Shown here one piece after another: positions 54,675-64,000 of a stretch of 64,000 nucleotides of DNA. The position numbers were made by a program, and so were the translations under genes. The DNA is taken from assembly GCF_006345805.1 (NCBI RefSeq), contig NC_043000.1, positions 8,680,001 to 8,744,000 on the forward strand. The letters are read 5' to 3'. Under the pieces are notes generated by a model. That model ran no database searches. It saw only the letters and a program-made list of their open reading frames with translations, and was not told the DNA's origin. This DNA is from Octopus sinensis. Its lineage: Eukaryota. Each line of letters begins with the position of its first letter. Position 1 is the first letter of the stretch.

Positions 54675-56338
54675 TGCTTCCAATCTAAGTCTGCACGGAT
54701 TCTTGTTCTTTGTATATGTGCGACTATGTTTTCAGATATATACTTTCTTAATTCAAGTCGGAAGGCACTGTGGTTACTATGCCTAGTAAATTTTGTATTT
54801 ATGTACAGGCTTTCCTTCGTTGGCTGCAAATAAATTTTGTCTTTTGGAGTCTCAGCTCGATTATAATAATCATGAAAGGCGTTCCAGTCGTGGCAATTCC
54901 GTCGTTTGTATATCGGAAACAACATTGCTTAATATGTAGTCTTTATTTAAGGGTAGGGATCTGCATGAGTTTTGGCCGCAATTTTTCAGCTGGTGGAACA
55001 ACCATTTGTCCCTCATGCCTGATTTTTCCTCTCTTATTTTCAGAGTAGATGGTTGAACAGGTAATCAATTACTTCAGCGATCGCTTGCAGAGTCGGTGGT
55101 ATGAACTCTACGTTGAGTGGACATCCGATTAATTTTTCGGTTACGAAATACTATATCCGCCACATTGTGTAGCTCTCTCCTCTAATGTTTTTTGTTGTTG
55201 TGTATGATTGTAACAGTGTGTCTTTAGCAAACTAAATAATTGCATGTGTTTACCACATCCCGACATGTCTGATAGTAACAGTGTTTGATGTTAAGAAGCG
55301 TGTTCCACATAGTTGCAATATGCTGGTTTTCTTATTTTTTTAAAAACTTAATTTTCAGACAAATCTGAGACATGTAGAAATTAGACGTAGAAATAAATAA
55401 AAATTATTACATCTTGAATTGATTTTTAAAAAATTTCGAATGATTTTTACTCTGCCAATTATTTAACTTATTTCGTTTGATGATAATTTTACAAAATATT
55501 CTCATTTCAAATACAGTAAATATATTGGTTTCAAATTTTGGCAGAAAGCCAGTTTTGTTTTTTGGTGGTGGTGGTGGTGGTGGTGGTGTGTGTGTATGTG
55601 GGGGAAGTCGATTATATCGACCCCCGTGCTCAACTAGTACTTATTTTATCAAACCTGAAATGGATGAAAAGCAAAGTCGACCTCTGCGGAATTTGAACTC
55701 AGAACGTAAAGACGGACAAAATTCCGCCAAACGCTTTGTGCAGCTAGCTCATTGCCTCAATCACAGTAAATACAGGTTGTGGTTGTGTTTATTATTTTAT
55801 ATTATTATTATTATTATTATTATTATTGAGTGAGATAGCAGTGCATGCCATCAAAGTGACACTGAGGTAAAATATACGAAGCCCAGTATACCCATCATGA
55901 CTACCCGTCTGATAAGGGTACACCAGGCACATGCATCACAACCATGTGTGCGCGACATGGCGATCTCACATCAAAATAAACAGTGTATGACCTTGCAGGT
56001 GGGGCCCAGTTAGAATTTTCTTCTGGTCGAGTAGACAATCCCGCTCAAAAGGCCCCTGAATAAGGATTGTTGAAGGATTGCTCCGTAAATGTGTGTTTTG
56101 TTTATCTCTAAAAATATTGCTATTGCTACATTTTATTGTTATAACTTGTGACTAAGTTAATCTAGGCCGTATTGGTCAGATTAACAGCTTTATTTTTATC
56201 CTGCGGGAGAAAAATCACCCGAAAAGAAAATTGATTTTCCTTTCAAAATTTGCAAAATTTTATATGGCGTCGTCTTTGTTAGCAAGGGAGGGAAGTGGGA
56301 GGAGATGCAGAACACGAAATTGTGTTTCGCCGTCACTC

Positions 56339-56370
<32 letters not shown>

Positions 56371-59076
56371 GCGCGCGCGCGTGTGTATATGTTTGTGTCT
56401 GTGTTTGTCCCCCCAACATCGCCTGACAACCGATACTGGTATGTTTACGTCCCCGTAACTTAGCGGTTCGGCAAAAGAGACCGATAGAACAAGTACGAGG
56501 CTTACAAAGAATAAGTCCTTGGGTCGATTTGTTCGACTAAAGGCGGTGCTCCAGCATGGCCACAGTCAAATGACTGAAACAAGTAAAAGAGTAAAAGAGT
56601 TACTCATTAATTTAACCACGTCATAATGAAGAACTTTTGTTATACTTCTGCTTGAAATTTGGTTGCGGGTGCCCTGAAATAACACTGCACACTTCACAGA
56701 GCATCATGTTATAATATAGTACCGGGCGTTGGGAGAATGGCAAAAGATTAATGGCAAAGGGTCACATGTTCGAATTCGTGGAGCGAAGTTGTACATTTAA
56801 ATTAATCAAAAATTCCTAAATTCAAACTGTGGAGGCACATGACCTAGTGGTTAGAGCAGCGGACTCGTGGTCGAGGGATGTTGGGTTCGAATCTTAGACC
56901 GGGCGATGTATGCGTTTATGAACGAAACACCTAAGCTCCTCGCGGCTCCAGCAGAAGGAAATGGCGAATTTCTGCTGACTCAACTTTCTCTCACTCTTTC
57001 CTCTTGCAGCTCACCTGCGACGGACCGGCATCCCGTTCAGGTGGGAACCTATACGCCAGGGAAGCCGGTAAATCGGCCCCTGTGAACCAGGCGTGGCTCG
57101 AGAAGAAACAAACAAATTAAAACTAATTTTTTTACAATAATTTTTTCTTACAATATCATCATATAACTTTAATCTTAATTTGTTTTCAAAACTAATAATA
57201 CACCAAGAAATCAGAAACTTAAATCGGGTCGAATTCTGGAGCTGTTAGTGCACCAAACACTGTAAGTTCGGGCAGTATCAGTTGTTTTGTTGTTAGTCAC
57301 TAAAAACGATTCGATGTGGAAGGTTGTGCGTTGATATTTTGCTCAGTGGATCTTGTGTGTGCTTAAGCATTATATTTAAAATTTAATTTTAAAGTATCGT
57401 GGAGGCCCGTGGTTTAGTGGTTAGGGTGTCAGTATCATGATCGTAAGATTGTGGTTTCGATTCCTGGACCGGGCGACGTGTTGTGTTCTTGAGCAAAACA
57501 CTTCATTTCACGTTGCTCCTGTCCAGTCAGCTGGCAAAAATGAGTAACGCTGCGATGGACTGGCGTCCCGTCCAGCTGGGGAACACATACGCAATAGAAA
57601 TCGGCAAACCGGGCCCATGAGCCTGGCTAGGCTTTAGAAAGGCGCAAAAAATATTATAAAGTATTATAAATTCAGTTTACTTTAGTGTCATATATCTGTA
57701 TCCCAATTGAATTTTATTTACATTTTGGACCCACATTTTGAATAGAAATACAGTTTGTATGCCTAATTTGAATAATACTAATGTTAGTCATAGTATGGTC
57801 AGTGTGGCAGCACACCCAATGACAACAGCCACCACACGTTATTGCCTCCCAGGGTTTACATGGACCCTGGTTGAGAACCACTGGTCTAACGAAATGAAAC
57901 AATGAATAAAATCACTTCATGGAGCTTTTGACAGTCACGACTTGATTACCTTTGATAAAAGGTTTACACGAACAGGAATTGCCTAAAATTAGGTTTGAAA
58001 AATAACAAGAACGCCCCTACATACAAAATTTTATAGCTAAATATACCGAATGGTATATTTAGCTATGAAACTTATTTCTGATAATAATTACTTCCTTCAG
58101 AGATCCCCCCCCCACTTCTTTTTACCAAATGAATTCAACAAGGTTATTTGATATTGCTGTTTCTCTTTCTTTAACTTGATAGCTAGGATCTCATCCTTTG
58201 CACCATCTAAGACAAAGGAAATATATAGCATAATGACTTTAAAGAAAGACAACGGAACTTTCATTTCATTTCGTCAAAAAACCCGGATGTCAAGCCCAAC
58301 GATATTGAAATTTGTACACAATAGGTAATTTTTTACAACAATCAATTAATCTTTACACAGCACCGCAAATATTAGAAGAGTGTTGTTATTAACTATAATC
58401 ATTGAACAATGAAATTTATTTTAAATGGACGCAGCTTTTGTCAACAACTCAGATCATATTAATTTTTTTCCCATTTAGGGATTTTGTAAAATAGTAATTT
58501 CTTTGCAATCAAATATTTGAGCTTTTTGAACTAAAAGGAAATATTTGAACTTATTTCCTTTGACATTGAGTTTTAAGAATAGGCTATTGTAGAGTGAGAA
58601 ATTATAGAATTATTAATAATTTGAATTATTACCAAGTAGAGATAACGGTATTATACCTTGACAAAAAGAAAAACCAAAAACAAACCAAGCAATAAAGATA
58701 TATAACAAAACTCCTTATTGAGAGCTTCCGTACGCTCAGTTCCTGAAATTTACACCATCTCAAATCTATTATATTAAAGTGCTAAGGACAGATTCCTGTG
58801 GTGTAAACAATCTGTCACGCTACTCTGTCATTCTGTGGAACGGAGGTGGTAAATGTGTGAGCGGGGGGAGAGAAAGAGAGAGAGAGAGAGAGAGAGATAG
58901 ATAGATAGAGAGATTAAAACGAATTCTACTGGCACATACACACATTTACACATCTCTCTCTCTTTTACCTTCTATATTAAAATGCCAAGTGAATGATGGA
59001 AATGTATGTACAAGAGAGAAACAAATGCCATTGCTTCATACACACACTAATACGCATACGAAAGCTATTGGCGAGT

Positions 59077-59112
<36 letters not shown>

Positions 59113-59269
59113 GCGCGCGCATGCACACACATACACACACACAGAAGCAACATCTTAAACCGTATAATGTCCACAGATTCATCTAGTAACATTGATATTT
59201 TAATGAAATCTTTTAAAGTTACCTGCCGGTAAAAACAACACATATATTAAGATAATGGCACTACTTAAT

Positions 59270-59275
59270 TTTATT
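59270..59275 (-). promoter_or_regulatory. Candidate polyadenylation signal (AATAAA) for the kinin-like gene
   Basis: tttatt on + strand about 170 nt downstream of the stop codon; another candidate at 58415-58420. Weak in AT-rich DNA. Confidence 0.25.
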
Positions 59276-59447
59276 TTCATAATTTTTCCAAAGAAATCCA
59301 GGACAATATTTTCATCAGTAATTTTCTTTTCTATATGTGAACCCTGAACTTTTACATGGTTATTTTATAAAGAACACAAGTTTACTCGATAAGTTTTATG
59401 CTTGGTCAAAAATTTTCGACGCCTTATTCCATATTTTTTTTAAACCT

Positions 59448-59842
59448 TTATTTCCCACCCCAAGGGGAAAAGTTGCGCTTTCTGTAATATTCCCGGATTT
59501 TATTTCTCAGCTCTGGGTTACTCTTCATTTGCTCCTTTAGAATGTCTATAGGTATACTGTTTGAGTTAGAAACGTCTCTTTTACCACCCCATGGGTTGAA
59601 ACCCTTTTTTCTTTCGTAGAGTATCTCGGCTGGCTGGATTTTGTTATCAGGAAAATCAATGCTGTACAGACGATTAGTACGTCTGACTCGTTTTTCGACC
59701 CATGGGCGCAAACCCGATCTTTCTTTATCTAGACTCATATCAGAAAACACCATTGAATGCCCTTCTTCATTGATCATATTGTTGCAAGGGAATTCGTCTG
59801 AGCATCGGGCTTGTACTTGTACCGTTTTAATGAGAAGCACAA
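59448..59842 (-). CDS. Kinin/leucokinin-like neuropeptide precursor, main (last) coding exon
   Basis: ORF 59448-59933 encodes ...RKK-GFNPWG-G-KR... and ...RKR-NFSPWG-G-K-stop (FxPWG plus amide-donor Gly, basic cleavage sites) and a degenerate ER-SGLRPWVE-KR copy; the signal-peptide-like end VVLLIKTVQVQA precedes RCSDEFPC. Minus strand shows a polypyrimidine tract and AG (tttcctctttttttatttctag|TT GTG) at 59844-59843, so the exon probably starts at 59842 in phase 1. Confidence 0.85.
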
Positions 59843-60129
59843 CTAGAAATAAAAAAAGAGGAAATATATATTGATTGTGATGAAAAATATGTAAATATAA
59901 ATATGTGAATACAATGTTCAACAAAAATATCAAACATCAAAGCCAACGTTTTGATCCAATAAAAACTAATTAAGTTAAAATTAAAGAATTCAGCTTTAGC
60001 CAAATTCAGAAAGTCTTGAAACGGAATTACTTTTAATAAATATCATAAATATCTCCAATATTAACCTTAATAACTCCAACAAAGGAAGAAAAAAATCAAG
60101 TATTCTTGTGTGTGTGAGAGAGAGAGAGA

Positions 60130-60180
<51 letters not shown>

Positions 60181-60589
60181 TATTGTTGATTATAAAAATG
60201 CTTAGTATATGACTGATACTTATTTTACCGACCACTGCAAGACATGGCAGACAAAGTCGATTTCGGCAGAATTTGAACTTCTAACTTAACGGAACGCAGC
60301 GAAATTTTTTTTCCACGAGAGTTCCGGACCTCAGTTATGAACTCATTTGCACACAGCCAATCAAAGTTTAACTATCAAACCAACTTATGAGCGCATAATA
60401 AGTGATGGATGATAAGATAAGGTCACTTGGGTAAGGAATGACCATGCTTCTTTTCACTTTTAAGTTTTGGGAACGCGAACAGCCGATTAAATTAATCAGT
60501 TTTATCCAGCCATAGCTCTATGATCTGTAAAATAATACCAACTCAACTTACCTTCAATGAAACATAGGAACATGCAATAGTTTCGTTTA

Positions 60590-60626
<37 letters not shown>

Positions 60627-60659
60627 CTTTATTTAAAGCAGCAGAAAATTCCACAAAAC

Positions 60660-60697
60660 CTGTTACTCTGAGTTTCGCGTTGCCGTTCGTCGGACAA
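60660..60697 (-). ncRNA. Minimal hammerhead-like fold, variant core
   Basis: ttgt-CCGACGA-a-cg-gcaa-cg-c-GAAA-ctc-a-gag-TA-acag; near-palindromic stem III, 4-bp stem I, core position 4 is C. Confidence 0.45.
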
Positions 60698-61175
60698 TTT
60701 TTGCATACATACATAATAGGCTTAACCCCGTCATCCAAAATGGTGGCCTTGTGCCAAAATTTGAAATATATATATATTATCTATATATATATGTGTATAT
60801 ATAAAGGAGAGAGAAAGAATGTGTTATTATATTGTGCATTCCCTCTTTCGTCAATAGAATGCCGAACCCTTCAATTCACTGTTACTTAGTTTTCCTCAGT
60901 TTTCAAGAAATAAATAAAGAAAGGTGGCTGTCAGGATTTCCGATTTTGGTGTATGATTTCGCATTAATGTGTACCATTAACTGATTAAAAAGCTAATGAA
61001 TTTTGTGTGATAACACGATTGAAATAGAACAAGTTAGCTCAAAAGAAAAGTTAAAAAGAAACCACTGGTGACAAAATAGAAGAGCAACAAAAATTCTGCT
61101 TCAAGAATTGAGAAAGAAATGAAAAAAAAAAGAAGAGCGAGCAGTCGGAGTAATCAACTATTGGGTAGTATCATA

Positions 61176-61555
61176 CACTACCGTCAGAAATTAATTAGCA
61201 CCCTTGATTTGCTCTTCACTCAAGGTATGTGCTGTCACCTAGTGGCCATATCTCGAACTATTGTTTTGTTGCGAGTTCACTGTTGCGCAGAACGATGACG
61301 TAACTTTGTTTGCAGAGCAGTTTGAGAGTCTACAGCCTTATGATGTTGACATAGCAGTGCAACAACAACTTGGAGTGCGGATGCAGACAAATCTTCCTTT
61401 GTTTAATAGATATAGGTAGCGCCTCGCTAGGACCAAAATCACACCGTACTAAGTTTTCTCATCGCGTAAGACGTTTTGAACAGCTCATAGGTTAATTGAT
61501 TTAACCTATTTAATGTAGAAATTTGAGAAGTGCTAATTAATTTCTGACGCAAGTG
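61176..61555. mobile_element. Tc1-like MITE with TA target duplication
   Basis: TA|CACTACCGTCAGAAATTAATTAGCAC...GTGCTAATTAATTTCTGACGCAAGTG|TA; 20-bp perfect inverted core (61182-61201 and 61530-61549). Confidence 0.8.
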
Positions 61556-62099
61556 TATATGGTTTCCGCTCTTCCATTCCGGTATGTTTGACAATATTTT
61601 GGCTTCAGAGAAGAACTTCATGAAATTGCTGAGGGACTGTCAGAGGCATTTATATACTTAGTGGGCATGTGACAAAGAGTCTGTTGTAAAATAAAGCATT
61701 GAAACATTTTATTTCCCTTGGGAAATAAAATTTCCTAAGAATCTTGTTTTTTCTGATATTGATTATGTTGACATTTGAATGGCACACCAATTTAACGCCT
61801 AGCTAGCAAGAATTCGAGATTAAAAAAAAAAACACGTTATTAATGTTCATAGATAATACAAAATTCTCTTTAGAAAAATAAATGGAATATTAACAAATAG
61901 AATCGGAGAAATGTAATACTGTAAAAAAACAATTAGCTGAAAAATGTAAACCTTAAAATAGAAAAGCCTTAGAATAAGGTTTTAATGCAATACATCTTAA
62001 AGAATAAACGAACAATTCAATCTATAGATGATAATGGTCCTTAAATTGCCCGTTAGTTGACAGACGCGGCGATCAAAAACGTTGTAGTATATCCAGTCA

Positions 62100-62605
62100 C
62101 ACTAATCGCGTCCCCAAAGTCCATCCCCTCCTCACCGTGGTATGGACGCTTGCAACGGGTAGTGTCAGAGCTATGCCATCGGTAACTTCGGTTCCTGGTA
62201 GGGCCACCCAAGGCGGATTGGGCTGACACCGAGTGGTATTAGGGCCACAACCCGGCAGACGGTGAAAATCCTCAGAGTGTCTGTTTCGGCAACCAGCGGC
62301 TCCTCGGTCGTTCTCTCCCTGCGTCTGCGAACAATCTGCGGCAAACAGGATGTCTCTACCTGCCGGACTGTTGGGGACCGCTTGTGAAATTAATATTCCC
62401 ACGAAACTTCTTCTATAAACTCTCAACGGCGAATACAATGGCAACATCGGCCTGTGCGGATGGAACCGTGACTGGCTCGCTATATCCATCGAACTGGTGC
62501 AGGACCGTCGTGTGTGGGATGCCATGGTTCGAGTTGCCTCGAGGGTGGTAGAAGAAGCCAATTCAACCGGCCCAGGGTGAATGTCGCCACAAGTACAAGT
62601 AAGTA
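62100..62605 (+). mobile_element. 3' end of an RTE-clade LINE
   Basis: Plus frame GLCGWNRDWLAISIELVQDRRVWDAMVRVASRVVEEANSTGPG-stop followed by atgtcgcca(caagta)-type tail; an LRFL(GH)-like remnant lies upstream. Confidence 0.75.
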
Positions 62606-63005
62606 ATAGAGTTATCAGAAGAGGTAAAACTAAATGGAAAATACAAAGTACTAATATAAGATGACCAACGTAAATCATATACTTAGTGATAAATGCATAT
62701 TAAAAACTAGATCCCCAAAATTTAGTTTTAAGGTATAAATAATTTATATAATATGTAAATAATTTAGGGCGTGGTGAGCTGGCAGGATCGTTACAGCGCC
62801 GGAAAAAATACTTAGTAGCATTTCTTCCGACTTTACGTTCTAAGTTCAAATGCCGCCGGGTTTGACTTTACCTTTCATTCTTTCGGGGTCGGTAAAGTAT
62901 CAGTTGAATACTGGAGTCGATGTAATTGGCTTACCTCTTCCCACGAGATCCCTGGCCTAATACAAAAACTTGAAACCAAAATATGTGAATAATTTACACG
63001 AAATA

Positions 63006-63567
63006 TTGGGTTGTCCGAAAAGTTCGTGCCGATTTTTAAAGGAAAGAAAAACGTCAATACTTGCCATTACATTTTTAATCAACCAAATATGAACCATTTT
63101 GTTGCACAGTGCATCTCTATCTTTCCTTTAACTTGAAAATACCCTCTTCCCAGAATTAAGGTGGTTTCATGACAAAGAATTCATCAAGATATCTTTTTAC
63201 GTCATCCAAGGAATTAAAATTTTTACCATTAAGACTATTGTGCAGAGACCTGAATGAGTGGAAATCCGAAGGAGCAATATCTGGTGAATATGGAGGGTGG
63301 GGTAACACATCCCGGTCGAGCTGCAGCAATTTTTGTCTGGTTCCCAAATCATCAAGTGCCGAAAATGAACTTTCTTATCTTCTATTTTAAAGGGTTACAA
63401 AATTAACACAGGTTATAGGAACATAAACCTTCTTCCACGAAAAGATAGCTTAAACTGTGCTCTAAATGGAGGTGTAGTCAAATCCTATTTTATGAACTCA
63501 ACCATGTTCTAAAATAAGTCGAAAGGTAAGCTACTATAAATCGGCACGAACTTTCCAGACAACCCAA
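63006..63567 (-). mobile_element. Second copy of the same mariner deletion derivative
   Basis: TA|TTGGGTTGTCCGAAAAGTTCGTGCC...GGCACGAACTTTCCAGACAACCCAA|TA; LPHPPYSPDIAPSDFHSFRSL; same junction as the 48543 copy. Confidence 0.92.
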
Positions 63568-64000
63568 TATATACGAAAGGGAATTGGACGAATGAAAAAA
63601 AAAATGATAAGATCCAATATATTGGAAATGTTCAACAATAGAGATTTCCAAACTTCAATTGAAAGAAAAGTGCATTATATAACAGCTCTCAGTGTATACG
63701 TTTCACAACAAGGTCTTCTCTTCAAATTTCCCTATTTATTATCAATAACGTTGTTATCGATTTTAATGATCGGGTTAAGATCCCACCATTTCCTGCTTCG
63801 AAGCATTTCATCAACGATAGGATAGGTTAAATCATTTTTTTTCTTGTATTTTATTTCTACAATTCTCTTATTCATTAATAACATTTTCTATGAAACAAAT
63901 CCGGGTAGAATTACGAGTATACTGATTCCTGTGTCGTAGAAAAATGAAAGCATCCTTTTTGCTACGGTAAAATTTACTCTTTTACATGTTTCAGTCATTT

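Noticed and set aside
56829-56905. tRNA genes (also heads at 22869, 28700-28773, 57399)
   Set aside because: A/B boxes run into SINE bodies with no acceptor-stem closure; multi-copy and diverged.
62097-62678. 193-aa minus-strand ORF with a hydrophobic start and LLLTCTCGDIHPGP, resembling a 2A/StopGo motif
   Set aside because: It lacks the NPGP core and is the antisense of an RTE 3' end (WNRDWLA..QDRRVW..STGPG-stop plus caagta tail on +); the resemblance is coincidental.

Overview
AT-rich eukaryotic genomic DNA dense in microsatellites and transposon relics. The tRNA-derived SINE families and LINE tails look like those of a coleoid cephalopod, most likely Octopus (recognition from repeat content, not proven). 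Only one host gene is supported: a minus-strand exon (59448-59842) encoding a kinin/leucokinin-like neuropeptide precursor with GFNPWG-amide and NFSPWG-amide flanked by basic cleavage sites. The rest is mobile-element derived. It includes an internally deleted Helitron retaining Rep motif 3 and a frameshifted PIF1 helicase, a probable complete non-autonomous Helitron, a 5'-truncated R4/Dong-type RT-RLE LINE inside a (TAA)n tract, an RTE 3' end, and two Penelope GIY-YIG remnants. It also holds three mariner relics, several MITEs, many SINEs and two minisatellites. The most notable unexplained structure is a set of at least six unrelated repeat families that each carry a type-I hammerhead-ribozyme-like fold with a palindromic stem III, several arranged as long inverted repeats; one family shares a non-canonical core (U at position 6) in all four copies. 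Most ORFs in the supplied track are microsatellite artefacts. No CRISPR, rRNA or true tRNA genes are supported. All coordinates and identities were read by eye and are approximate.
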